A DNA stretch of 35,139 nucleotides from Armatimonadota bacterium (lineage in GTDB: Bacteria; Sysuimicrobiota; Sysuimicrobiia; Sysuimicrobiales; Humicultoraceae), in contig JBBIJB010000012.1 in assembly GCA_037446215.1 (NCBI GenBank), positions 1 to 35,139 on the forward strand. Reading direction: 5' to 3'. Shown here piece by piece: positions 18,456 to 27,544 of this stretch. The translations under genes were made by a program, and so were the position numbers. A model generated the notes under the pieces. The model ran no database searches and was not told the DNA's origin. It saw only the letters and a list, made by a program, of their open reading frames with translations. Within the stretch, counting starts at the first letter, position 1; the number at the start of each line of letters is the position of its first letter.

Positions 18456-19628
18456 ATGGAGTCCGCTGACCAGGAGCGGGTCCGCCGACCGCCGCCCTCG
18501 GAGCGCGAGGTGGCGGCATGGGTGGGCCTGAGCCAGATGCCCGGGATTGGACCCCGCACCATCGCGAGATGGGTGGAGAAGGCGGGTTCTGCCGAGGCGG
18601 TCTGGGACCGACTGCCGGAGTTCGCGGGCAGCGGGGAACGGCTGGAGCAGGTCCTGGCGGCATGGCGTAGCCTTGACCCAGGATCGGTTGTGGAGTCGGC
18701 CAGGCGCGATGGGGTGGAGGTGATCGCCCTCTGCGATCCCTCGTATCCCAGGCGGCTCGCGGCCATCCCCGCACCTCCGCCGGTTCTCTTCGTGAGGGGG
18801 CGACTCGACGACTCACCTGCGGTCGCGATAGTCGGGGCCCGGAGGGCGACGCCCTATGGACGGGCTGCCGCGGGGCAGCTGGCGTGCGATCTGGCCCTGG
18901 CCGGCGTCTGCGTGGTGAGCGGTCTCGCTCGCGGGATCGACGGCGCCGCCCACAGGGCCGCCCTGGATGCAGGGGGCAGGACGGTGGCGGTGTTGGGCTG
19001 CGGGGTAGATGTGGTCTACCCGCCGGAGCACTCCGCGATGGCGGGTGAGATAGCGAGGCGCGGCGCGGTCGTCAGCGAGTTCTCGCCGGGGACGCCTCCG
19101 CTTCCGGGCCACTTCCCGAGGCGAAACAGGATAGTCAGCGGGCTGGCGCTGGGGGTAGTGGTTGTCGAGGGCGCCGAGGACAGCGGCGCGTTGATAACCG
19201 TGGACTACGCGCTCGAGCAGGGGCGCGAGGTCTTCGCGGTCCCGGGCAGCGTGTTCAGCAGCAAGAGCCGGGCGCCCCACGCGCTCCTCCGCCAGGGCGC
19301 GCGGATCGTCGAGAGCGCCGCGGACATACTGGATGAGCTGGGCCTACCGACCCCCGGCGAGGCAGCAGAGGATCCGGTAGGCCTTCGCGTGAAGACCGGT
19401 CGGGAGGGACCCGAGGACCGCATCCTCTCGCTGCTGGAGGAGGGACCGATGCAGCTTGACGAACTGGTGGATGCGTGCGAGATGCCCGCGGCCACCCTGG
19501 CGGCGCTCGTGACCGTGCTCGAGCTGAAGGGGATGGTCCGAGCCCTGCCCGGGCAGGTCTTCGTCAGGACGGTGCAGCAGGTGCCCAGATGCCCGGGCGG
19601 GTCGAGCCGGCCGGTGTCCGGAGGTTGA
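18456..19628 (+). CDS. dprA: DNA-processing protein DprA
   Basis: YP..L..I..PP.VLFVRG, AIVGARRATPYG, VSGLARGIDGAAH, FPRRNRIVSGL, SGALIT, GREVFAVPG, C-terminal LELKG wHTH. Confidence 0.95.
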   Translation: MESADQERVRRPPPSEREVAAWVGLSQMPGIGPRTIARWVEKAGSAEAVWDRLPEFAGSGERLEQVLAAWRSLDPGSVVESARRDGVEVIALCDPSYPRRLAAIPAPPPVLFVRGRLDDSPAVAIVGARRATPYGRAAAGQLACDLALAGVCVVSGLARGIDGAAHRAALDAGGRTVAVLGCGVDVVYPPEHSAMAGEIARRGAVVSEFSPGTPPLPGHFPRRNRIVSGLALGVVVVEGAEDSGALITVDYALEQGREVFAVPGSVFSSKSRAPHALLRQGARIVESAADILDELGLPTPGEAAEDPVGLRVKTGREGPEDRILSLLEEGPMQLDELVDACEMPAATLAALVTVLELKGMVRALPGQVFVRTVQQVPRCPGGSSRPVSGG

Positions 19629-19629
19629 C

Positions 19630-21825
19630 GTGAGCAGGTCGAAGCCCCTGGTCGTTGTCGAGTCGCCAACGAAGGCCAGGACCCTAGGGAAGATCCTGAA
19701 GAGATCACACGAGGTCAAGGCCTCGATGGGGCACGTCAAAGACCTGCCGAAGAGCAGGCTAGGCGTCGATGTCGACGACGACTTCACCCCCAAGTACATA
19801 GTCATCAAAGGGAAGGGTCCGATAATCAAGGAACTGAAGGAGGCCGCCAAGCGCGCTTCTTCGGTCTACATGGCGACGGACCCGGACCGGGAGGGCGAGG
19901 CGATCTCCTGGCACCTTGGCGAGGTCCTGCGCCCGGTGAACTCATCGATACGGCGGATTGAGTTCCACGAGGTCACGGAAGAGGCGGTCAGACGCGCGCT
20001 GGCCCACCCACGCGAGATAGACCAGAACCTGGTGGATGCTCAGCAGGCGCGCCGCATCCTGGACCGCCTGGTAGGGTACAACCTAAGCCCTCTGCTGTGG
20101 AGGAAGGTCCGCGGAGGCCTCAGCGCGGGGCGCGTTCAGTCCGTAGCGGTCAGGCTCATAGTCGACCGCGAGCGCGAGATCGAGGCGTTCGTGCCGCAGG
20201 AGTACTGGTCGATAGACGGGACCTTCGAGACCGAGGCAGGCACGAGCTTCACCGCCCGACTCTACTCGGCGGAGGGGGCGCGGTTTGGCGGGCCCGGGGA
20301 CGAGGGTGCCTCTGTCATCGGCACCGAGATGGTCGCCGCCGGGCTGGTGCGTGAGCTGCGAAGGCACACTTACTCGGTTGGCGAGGTCAGACGTCGTGAT
20401 CAGATACGCAACCCGGCCCCGCCCTTCACGACCAGCACGCTTCAGCAGGAGGCAAACCGACGGCTGGGATTCTCGCCCTCCAGGACGATGTCAGTGGCGC
20501 AGCAGCTCTACGAGGGGCTCGACATCGGGGACGGGGGCACGGTCGGCCTTATCACCTATATGCGGACCGACTCGGTCCGGGTGGCCCACCAGGCACAGCA
20601 GGAGGCACGCGACTACGTCAGGAGGTCGTTCGGCGAGCACTACCTTCCCGACCGTCCCCGCCACTACCGCTCGAGGAAGGGAGCCCAGGAGGCCCATGAG
20701 GCGATACGCCCGACCGCGATCTCCCGCAAGCCCGACCGGCTCAAATCGTTCCTGCGATCAGACCAGTACAGGCTCTACCGGCTCATCTGGGAGCGCTTCT
20801 TGGCCAGCCAGATGGCCGTCGCGGTCTTCGACACGCTCTCTGTGGACATACAGGGAGGAGGATTCCTGTTCCGGGCCTCGGGAAGCAGGATCAAGTTCCC
20901 CGGATTCCTCATCCTCTACCGCGAGGAGGCCGACGGCGGGCAGACAGAGAGGGAAGGATGGCTGCCGCCTCTGTCCCCGGGAGATCGGCTGGCGCTCCTG
21001 GATGTAGGAAGCGAGCAGCACTTCACCAAGGCTCCTCCAAGGTACACCGAGGCGGCCTTGGTGAAGGTGCTGGAGGAGAAGGGTATCGGTCGGCCCAGCA
21101 CCTACGCGCCGACGCTGGAGACGATACGGAAGCGGGGCTACGCCGCGACGCGAGAGAGACAAATGGTTCCAACCGAGATCGGCGTCACCGTCACCGATCT
21201 GCTGGTGGAGCACTTCCCCGAGGTCGTGGATGTCGACTTCACCGCCGGACTCGAGAGCGACCTGGACATGATCGAGGAGGGCAAGGCCGACTGGCTGGCG
21301 ATCATCCGTGAGTTCTACGGCCCCTTCGAGAGGACCCTGAGAAAGGCCGAGACCAAGATCCCTGTCATAGAGATCCCGGAGGTCGAGATCGGCGAGCCCT
21401 GCCCGCAGTGCGGGAAGCCGCTCGTCCGCAAGCACGGCAGGTTCGGGGAGTTCATAGCGTGCTCGGGGTATCCCGAGTGCAGATACACGCGGCCGGTGGG
21501 CATCGGCGTGGCCTGCCCGCAGTGCGGATCCGAGATCGTCGCCCGCCGTTCCCGACGGGGCCGCACGTTCTACGGCTGTGGCTCCTATCCCAGCTGCTCC
21601 TTCACGAGCTGGGACCGGCCGAGCGGCAAGTCCTGCCCGCGCTGCGGCAGCATGATGGTCGGGAAGCGCACCCGTCGGGGAGAAGAGCTCCGCTGCTCCA
21701 GCGTCGAGTGCGGATACAGCGAGGCTTCAAGATCGCGCCCCGGGCAGGGGGGGGCGGAGGCAGAGCCGGCACCGAGCGTCCCTAGGCCGAGGCGAAGGTC
21801 CTCTTCCCGTGCCCGGCGATCCTGA
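19630..21825 (+). CDS. topA: DNA topoisomerase I with three C-terminal zinc ribbons
   Basis: VVESPTKA, ATDPDREGEAI, SAGRVQS, LITYMRTDS, QEAHEAIRPT, GIGRPSTY; CPQC, CPQC and CPRC ribbons. Confidence 0.97.
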   Translation: MSRSKPLVVVESPTKARTLGKILKRSHEVKASMGHVKDLPKSRLGVDVDDDFTPKYIVIKGKGPIIKELKEAAKRASSVYMATDPDREGEAISWHLGEVLRPVNSSIRRIEFHEVTEEAVRRALAHPREIDQNLVDAQQARRILDRLVGYNLSPLLWRKVRGGLSAGRVQSVAVRLIVDREREIEAFVPQEYWSIDGTFETEAGTSFTARLYSAEGARFGGPGDEGASVIGTEMVAAGLVRELRRHTYSVGEVRRRDQIRNPAPPFTTSTLQQEANRRLGFSPSRTMSVAQQLYEGLDIGDGGTVGLITYMRTDSVRVAHQAQQEARDYVRRSFGEHYLPDRPRHYRSRKGAQEAHEAIRPTAISRKPDRLKSFLRSDQYRLYRLIWERFLASQMAVAVFDTLSVDIQGGGFLFRASGSRIKFPGFLILYREEADGGQTEREGWLPPLSPGDRLALLDVGSEQHFTKAPPRYTEAALVKVLEEKGIGRPSTYAPTLETIRKRGYAATRERQMVPTEIGVTVTDLLVEHFPEVVDVDFTAGLESDLDMIEEGKADWLAIIREFYGPFERTLRKAETKIPVIEIPEVEIGEPCPQCGKPLVRKHGRFGEFIACSGYPECRYTRPVGIGVACPQCGSEIVARRSRRGRTFYGCGSYPSCSFTSWDRPSGKSCPRCGSMMVGKRTRRGEELRCSSVECGYSEASRSRPGQGGAEAEPAPSVPRPRRRSSSRARRS

Positions 21826-22690
21826 GATCGCGGCATTCATACGCTATCTCGAGGCGGAGCAGGACGCCTCCCCCAACACACGCGCCGCCTACCGCCGCGA
21901 CCTTGAGGCGTTTCTGGCCTTCGCGAGGGAACGGGGGGTGGCCGCTTGGCAGGCGGTCGACCATGCCACGGTCAGGCACTACGTGGCCTCGATGCACGGG
22001 AGGTACTCGCGGGCGTCGATAGCTCGTAGCGTTTCGGCGCTACGCTCTTTCTTCAGGTTCCTCCGCAGGGAGGGTCGGATCGCCGGCAGCCCCCTGAGGC
22101 TGCTCTCCGTCTCCGGGAGGCGGAGGAGGCTTCCAGGCGCCCTGACCCACGACGCGGTAGCGGCCCTCCTGTCCGCGCCCCCCCTCGGGGGCCCAACAGG
22201 GCTCAGGGACCGCGCGATCCTGGAGTTGCTCTACGCCGGGGGCTTCCGTGTCGGGGAGCTCGCAGGCCTGCGGCGCGACCAGGTAGGCGGCGATGAGGTG
22301 AGGGTCCGAGGCAAGGGACGGCGCGAGAGACTGGTGCTGATCGGATCCAAGGCCCAGGAGGCCGTGCGACGCTATCTGGAGGAGGCGCGCCCGCGCCTGG
22401 TGCGCGGCCGGACCGAGGCGCTCTTCCTGGGCTCGCGGGGGAGTCCTCTGGGCCCCAGGGCCATCCAGTTGATCGTGGCCAAGTGGGTCCGCGCCGCCGC
22501 TCTGCAGCAGCGCATCAGCCCCCACTCCCTCCGCCACACTTTCGCCACCCACCTTTTGGACGGGGGCGCCGACCTGCGTGCCGTACAGGAACTGCTGGGT
22601 CACGCGAGCCTCTCGACGACCCAGATCTACACGCACGTCTCGCGCGACCGACTGAAGCGGGTCTACTCCCAGGCCCATCCGCGGGCCTAG
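21809..22690 (+). CDS. xerC: Tyrosine recombinase XerC/XerD family
   Basis: [73 protein letters not shown]; position after topA. Confidence 0.88.
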   Translation: MPGDPEIAAFIRYLEAEQDASPNTRAAYRRDLEAFLAFARERGVAAWQAVDHATVRHYVASMHGRYSRASIARSVSALRSFFRFLRREGRIAGSPLRLLSVSGRRRRLPGALTHDAVAALLSAPPLGGPTGLRDRAILELLYAGGFRVGELAGLRRDQVGGDEVRVRGKGRRERLVLIGSKAQEAVRRYLEEARPRLVRGRTEALFLGSRGSPLGPRAIQLIVAKWVRAAALQQRISPHSLRHTFATHLLDGGADLRAVQELLGHASLSTTQIYTHVSRDRLKRVYSQAHPRA

Positions 22691-22718
22691 CCCGCCTTCG
22701 GGGCCGGCGGCACTTTCC

Positions 22719-22748
22719 TTGTCCGGGGCGGGCCTCCCGTGCTATACT
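22719..22748 (+). promoter_or_regulatory. Sigma70-type promoter of the rpsB-tsf operon
   Basis: TTGTCC (22719-22724), 18-bp spacer ending in TGc, TATACT (22743-22748). Confidence 0.75.
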
Positions 22749-22792
22749 ACCGCGGGTTTGCCGCAGCTTACGGCAGCGCCAGGGCGCAGGCC

Positions 22793-22829
22793 CCCCGCGG
22801 AGTCGACAGCGACTTTGCGGGGTTTCTGT
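22793..22829 (+). terminator. Terminator-like hairpin inside the rpsB 5' leader
   Basis: CCCCGCGGAGTCG-acag-CGACTTTGCGGGG (13 pairs including 2 G-U) followed by TTTCTGT. Confidence 0.4.
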
Positions 22830-22855
22830 CCGAGGCCTGCCGGGCGGCGTCCCAA

Positions 22856-22937
22856 GCACGCACGCTCCCAGACCCGCCGAGGGTGCCCGTGAGGGCCTCG
22901 GAAGGCCTGAGGGGATGAGGGGAGCGGAGGACAAACC
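22856..22937 (+). ncRNA. rpsB (S2) leader RNA, t44-like autoregulatory element
   Basis: Starts GCACGCACGC; outer stem CGCTCCC (22863-69)/GGGAGCG (22920-26); inner CCGAGG/CCTCGG with GGGTGC and a GCCC-GTGA-GGGC GNRA hairpin; ends GGAGGACAAACC. This is the usual t44 layout. Confidence 0.75.
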
Positions 22938-22980
22938 ACATGGGATGGCGGCCACGGCCGATCCCGAGGGAGGCAGCAGG

Positions 22981-23790
22981 TTGCCAGTAGTCACGATGAA
23001 GCAGTTGCTGGAGTCCGGGGTCCACTTCGGGCACCAAACTCGCCGCTGGAATCCCAAGATGTCCCGCTTCATATTCACGGAGCGCAACGGCATCCACATC
23101 ATCGACCTGCAGAAGAGCGTCCCCCTTATCGAAGAGGCCTATCGCTTCGTACGGGAGACCGTTGCTGGCGGCGGCAGCGTTCTCTTCGTCGGCACCAAGA
23201 AGCAGGCCCAGGAGGCGATCAAGGAGGAGGCGGTGCGCGCGGGCCAGCCCTACGTGAACCAGCGGTGGCTCGGCGGCATGCTCACCAACTTCCTGACGAT
23301 CCGGAAGCGGGTCGAGAGGCTCTACGAGATCGAGGAAATGGGCCAGAGGGGCATCACCGAGCTCCTTCCAAAGCGCGAGCAGGCGCGCCTCGCGGAGGAG
23401 GGCGCCAGGCTCGAGAAGTTCCTCGGCGGCATCAAGGCGATGAACCGCCTGCCGTCGGCCGCATACGTTGTCGATACCCGCCAGGAACACATCGCGGTCG
23501 CCGAGGCCCGGAAGCTCGGCATCCCCGTGGTTGCGATCCTGGACACGAACTGCGACCCGGACGAGGTGGACTACCCGATCCCCGGCAACGACGACGCCAT
23601 TCGCGCGGTGAAGCTCATCACCAACCGCATCGCGAACGCCTGCCTCGAGGGCATCGAGGAGAGGCGAAAGCAGGAGGTCGAGGAGGAGACCCCCGAGCTC
23701 GAACCGGCCGACCTGGCCGGCGAGGAGGAGAAGCTCGAGGCGGCACCTGAGATCTCGGAGCGCGAGTTCGCCCGCGAGCCCCAGGCCTGA
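22981..23790 (+). CDS. rpsB: 30S ribosomal protein S2
   Basis: TTG start after GGAGG (22969-73); [57 protein letters not shown]. Confidence 0.98.
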   Translation: MPVVTMKQLLESGVHFGHQTRRWNPKMSRFIFTERNGIHIIDLQKSVPLIEEAYRFVRETVAGGGSVLFVGTKKQAQEAIKEEAVRAGQPYVNQRWLGGMLTNFLTIRKRVERLYEIEEMGQRGITELLPKREQARLAEEGARLEKFLGGIKAMNRLPSAAYVVDTRQEHIAVAEARKLGIPVVAILDTNCDPDEVDYPIPGNDDAIRAVKLITNRIANACLEGIEERRKQEVEEETPELEPADLAGEEEKLEAAPEISEREFAREPQA

Positions 23791-23814
23791 GCCCAGGAGG
23801 GAAGAGGTTACGAG

Positions 23815-24390
23815 ATGACCGTTACCACAGAGATGGTCAAGGAGCTCCGCGCGCGCACCGGCGCGGGCATCATGGACTGCAGGAAGACGCTCGAGTCCAC
23901 AGGCGGCGACATGGAGAAGGCGGCGGAGCTGCTGCGCGCCAAGGGGCTTGCGGCTGCGGCGAAGCGGGCGGGCCGGGCCGCCTCTGACGGCCTGATAGAG
24001 TCCTACATCCACCCGGGAAGCCGGCTAGGCGCGCTGGTAGAGGTGAACTGCGAGACCGACTTCGTCGCCAGGACGGAGGAGTTCCGCGTGCTGGCGCGCG
24101 AGATCGCGATGCAGGTGGCCGCGGCCGCGCCGACCTACATCTCGAGGGAGGACGTACCCGCCGCGGCGGCGGAGCAGCAGAGGGCCTTGCTCACATCCGA
24201 GGCAAAGGGTGCCTCCGAGGCCGAGATAGAGGCGCGCCTGTCGCGGTGGTTCGAGGAGGTGGTCCTTCTCGAGCAGCCCTACATCCGTGATGCCGGGAAG
24301 AGGGTCGTCGATGTGGTCAACGACACCGTAGCCCGCCTGGGAGAGAACGTGCGCATCAGGCGCTTTGCGCGCTTCAGGCTCGGCGAGTAG
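23815..24390 (+). CDS. tsf: Elongation factor Ts (short form)
   Basis: [49 protein letters not shown]; 191 aa. Confidence 0.96.
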   Translation: MTVTTEMVKELRARTGAGIMDCRKTLESTGGDMEKAAELLRAKGLAAAAKRAGRAASDGLIESYIHPGSRLGALVEVNCETDFVARTEEFRVLAREIAMQVAAAAPTYISREDVPAAAAEQQRALLTSEAKGASEAEIEARLSRWFEEVVLLEQPYIRDAGKRVVDVVNDTVARLGENVRIRRFARFRLGE

Positions 24391-24445
24391 AAGGTCAGGG
24401 CGCAGGGGCAGGAGAGACGATCGGGACGAGAGCGAGGTAGACGCC

Positions 24446-25198
24446 ATGGATGGCGCGTCGATGACCACGCCGCGGTCCGCCTACAGGCGCATACTCCTCA
24501 AGCTTAGCGGGGAGGCGCTCGGGGGGGATGGAGGCGCGGGACTCGATCCGGCAGTGCTTCAGCTCGTCGCCACCGAGCTCCGAGAGGTGACCTCTCGAGG
24601 GGTTCAGGTGGCGATCGTCGTGGGGGGAGGGAACATAGTCAGGGGCTCCGACCTGAGCCGGCGGTTGGGCATCGAAGAGGTGACCGGCCACACCATGGGG
24701 ATGCTGGCCACGGTCATCAACGGGCTTGCGCTGATGGACGCGATGGAGCGCGAGGGTCTGGTGGTGAGGGTGCAGTCGTCCATCGAGATGCGACAGGTGG
24801 CCGAGCCGTTCATAAGGCGGCGCGCGTTGCGCCACCTCGAGAAGGGGAGGATCGTCATCTTCGTCGGCGGCACCGGCAGCCCGTACTTCAGCACCGATAC
24901 GGCGGCGGCCCTGCGCGCGATCGAGATCCAGGCCGACGCGGTGCTGATGGCCAAGAAGGGCGTCGCAGGGGTCTACGACAAGGATCCCCGCCGCCACCCG
25001 GACGCCGTCATGTACTCGCACCTCGACCACATGGAGATCCTCAGCCGGGAGCTGGGGGTGATGGACGCGACCGCGGCGGCGCTGTGCAAGGACAACAGGA
25101 TGGACATAGTCGTCTTCGACCTCATGCAGCCGGGCAACATCGCCCGGGCGGTGCTGGGCGACCCAATAGGGACTCTCGTAGGAGGGAACCGGAGATGA
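24446..25198 (+). CDS. pyrH: Uridylate kinase
   Basis: [61 protein letters not shown]. Confidence 0.97.
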   Translation: MDGASMTTPRSAYRRILLKLSGEALGGDGGAGLDPAVLQLVATELREVTSRGVQVAIVVGGGNIVRGSDLSRRLGIEEVTGHTMGMLATVINGLALMDAMEREGLVVRVQSSIEMRQVAEPFIRRRALRHLEKGRIVIFVGGTGSPYFSTDTAAALRAIEIQADAVLMAKKGVAGVYDKDPRRHPDAVMYSHLDHMEILSRELGVMDATAAALCKDNRMDIVVFDLMQPGNIARAVLGDPIGTLVGGNRR

Positions 25199-25752
25199 TG
25201 GACGAGGTCCTGGGTGATGCAAAGACGCGGATGCAGAAGACGGTTGAGGCGACCCGCCGCGAGTTCGCGAGCCTGCGCACGGGTCGCGCAAGCCCGGCAC
25301 TGCTGGACCAGATCCGCGTGGACTACTACGAGACCCTCACGCCCATCAACCAGCTCGCCACCGTGACGGTTCCCGAGCCGCGGCTGCTCGTGATACAGCC
25401 CTGGGACCGGAGCTCCGCGCGGGAGATAGAGCGGGCCATCCTCAAGAGCGAGCTCGGCCTCGTACCCAGCAGCGACGGGGTGGTCATACGGATCCCGATC
25501 CCTCCCCTGACCGAGGAGAGGCGCCGCGATCTCGTGAAGATCGCGCGCCGGCACGCCGAGGAGGGCCGCATCGCAATCCGCAACATCCGGCGCGAGGCCA
25601 AGGAGATGCTGGAGGAGTTCGAGGAGGCCGGAGACATCCCGGAGGACGACTGCCGGAGGGCCGTCGAACGGCTGCAGCAGCTGACGGACGAGATGATTGC
25701 CGGTCTGGATCGCCTGCTGGAGGCCAAGGAGAAGGAGATAATGGAGATCTAG
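25195..25752 (+). CDS. frr: Ribosome recycling factor
   Basis: [47 protein letters not shown] overlap with pyrH. Confidence 0.97.
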   Translation: MMDEVLGDAKTRMQKTVEATRREFASLRTGRASPALLDQIRVDYYETLTPINQLATVTVPEPRLLVIQPWDRSSAREIERAILKSELGLVPSSDGVVIRIPIPPLTEERRRDLVKIARRHAEEGRIAIRNIRREAKEMLEEFEEAGDIPEDDCRRAVERLQQLTDEMIAGLDRLLEAKEKEIMEI

Positions 25753-25980
25753 GTGGCCGGGCTCCCCGTCGATGTGCTGGGGTGGCAGCTTGAAGATGCC
25801 CTGGCCGAGCTGAAGGCTGCTGGATGGGCCGTGGAGGTCGCCCACACCCGGACCCCAAAGAGGGTCGAGGTAGGGGGACGGCTCCGCGTGGTCCGGCAGA
25901 GCCGCCGGGAGGACGGCTCGGTGCTTCTGGTCGTCACCCACGAGCGCTACACGCCGGCGGCTAGGCCCGCCGGTGGCTAG
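25753..25980 (+). CDS. Small protein with a PASTA-like pattern
   Basis: Fills the frr-uppS gap exactly, abutting the frr stop and overlapping the uppS start; pattern DVLG..LEDA..EL..AG...RVVRQ. Confidence 0.6.
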   Translation: MAGLPVDVLGWQLEDALAELKAAGWAVEVAHTRTPKRVEVGGRLRVVRQSRREDGSVLLVVTHERYTPAARPAGG

Positions 25981-26728
25981 CGACCGCGTCCGCGACCGCG
26001 CAGGCCGTCCGAAGCGGAGTCGACGCATCCCAGAGCACGTGGCAATAGTCATGGACGGCAACGGCCGCTGGGCAGAGGCTAAGGGGCTGCCGCGCATCGC
26101 AGGCCACCGAGCAGGGGTGGAGGCGATCCGCAGGACCGTTGCGGCCTGCCGCGAGCTGGGGATTCGCACCCTCACGCTCTTCGCCTTCTCCACAGAGAAC
26201 TGGCGGCGATCCCCAGAGGAGGTCACGGCACTCCTCGGGCTGCTCCAGGAGAGGCTTGTCGGCGACTCGGAGGAGCTGCATCGAAGCGGTGTCAGGATAA
26301 GGATCCTAGGTGAGCTCGCCGCGACCTCCGAGGAGACCCGGGCAGAAGCGGTTCGGGTGGAGGAGCTGACCAGACGCAACAAGGCCTTGACCCTGAACAT
26401 CGCCTTCAACTACGGGAGCCGGGCAGAGATCACCCGTGCGGTCAGGCAGATCGCCGCGAGCGTGCGTGACGGGAGACAGCCCCTCGAAGGAGTAGACGAG
26501 GCGAGCGTCGAGCGGGAGCTCTACACGGCGGGCCTGCCCGATCCCGACCTGGTGATAAGGACGGGCGGCGAGCAGCGGCTCTCCAATTTCATGCTGTGGC
26601 AGGCGGCCTACTCGGAGCTCTTCTTCCTCGACATCCATTGGCCGGACTTCTCCGGCGACGATCTGCGCTCCGTCGTTTCGCAGTTCCAGCAGCGCGAGCG
26701 GCGGTTCGGCGGGGTCCCGGGAGGGTAG
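25973..26728 (+). CDS. uppS: Undecaprenyl diphosphate synthase (isoprenyl transferase)
   Basis: PEHVAIVMDGNGRWA, AFSTENW.RS, NYGSRAEI, PDLVIRTGGEQRLSNFMLWQ.AYSE, RERRFGG. Confidence 0.96.
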   Translation: MASDRVRDRAGRPKRSRRIPEHVAIVMDGNGRWAEAKGLPRIAGHRAGVEAIRRTVAACRELGIRTLTLFAFSTENWRRSPEEVTALLGLLQERLVGDSEELHRSGVRIRILGELAATSEETRAEAVRVEELTRRNKALTLNIAFNYGSRAEITRAVRQIAASVRDGRQPLEGVDEASVERELYTAGLPDPDLVIRTGGEQRLSNFMLWQAAYSELFFLDIHWPDFSGDDLRSVVSQFQQRERRFGGVPGG

Positions 26729-26731
26729 AGA

Positions 26732-27544
26732 GTGGGGAGACCTGCCTACGGGTGGGCGGACCGCTCACTCCCGTCGCGCATCGCAACGGCGGTCGTTGGA
26801 GGCCCGCTGCTGGTCGCCGCCGTCTGGTATGGGGGCAGCGTGCTCGCCTCCGTGGTCGTCCTGCTCTCGGCGCTGGGCGCAGTCGAGTACCATCGCCTGA
26901 CGGCGCAGCCCGGAGCAGCCCTTTCGCCTGCCCTGGTTGGAGGTGCGCTGGCCTTCCCGGCGCTGGCCGCCCTGGGCCGATGGGAGGCGGCGCCCGCCGT
27001 GCTCGCCGCCGGTGTCGCCGCGGCTGCCGTCGAAACCCTCGCCTCTGCGGGGAGAGGCGGCGGAACAAGGCATGCCGGAGCCGTCGTGCTCGGGATGGTC
27101 TACGTCGGCGCGCTGCTCGCGCACCTGCTTCTCCTCCGCCTCGAAGCGGGCGCCGTCGCGGCCCTTTTCGTGCTGGGAGCTATCTGGGTCAACGATGCGG
27201 CCGCCTACGGCGTGGGCACCGCGTGGGGCAGGCATCGTCTGCTTCCCGCGATTAGCCCAGGCAAGAGCGTGGAGGGTCTCGTGGCCGGGTTGGTCGCCGC
27301 GGCGGCGGCGGCCGCGCTCGCCGCCGGGCCGCTGGGTCTGGAGCCGGCTCGGGCGGTGATACTAGTACTCGGCGTGGCGGCCGCCGCGGTTGTGGGAGAT
27401 CTCTGGGAGTCGGCGCTCAAGAGAGGGGCGGGCGTCAAGGACTCGGGCGGCATACTCCCGGGCCACGGCGGCGTCCTGGACAGGTTCGACGCGGTCCTGT
27501 TCGGCGTCCCGGCAGGCTACTACCTGTGGAGGCTGCTCATGTGA
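26732..27544 (+). CDS. cdsA: Phosphatidate cytidylyltransferase
   Basis: Hydrophobic; W.ND..AY..G, ISPGKSVEG, GDLWESALKR..GVKDSG..LPGHGGVLDRFD. Confidence 0.95.
   Translation: MGRPAYGWADRSLPSRIATAVVGGPLLVAAVWYGGSVLASVVVLLSALGAVEYHRLTAQPGAALSPALVGGALAFPALAALGRWEAAPAVLAAGVAAAAVETLASAGRGGGTRHAGAVVLGMVYVGALLAHLLLLRLEAGAVAALFVLGAIWVNDAAAYGVGTAWGRHRLLPAISPGKSVEGLVAGLVAAAAAAALAAGPLGLEPARAVILVLGVAAAAVVGDLWESALKRGAGVKDSGGILPGHGGVLDRFDAVLFGVPAGYYLWRLLM

Noticed and set aside
21809..22690. Tyrosine recombinase as a mobile-element integrase
   Set aside because: Its XerC/D-type motifs and position after topA indicate the housekeeping chromosome-dimer resolvase; no att sites or cargo seen.
22692..22720. 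CCGCC/GGCGG hairpin after xerC as a terminator
   Set aside because: The stem is short, the loop long and the T tract interrupted; too weak to call.
22483..22980. 166-codon in-frame N-terminal extension of rpsB in the ORF track
   Set aside because: It overlaps xerC, the promoter and the leader RNA. TTG 22981 has a good SD and gives a normal S2 N-terminus.
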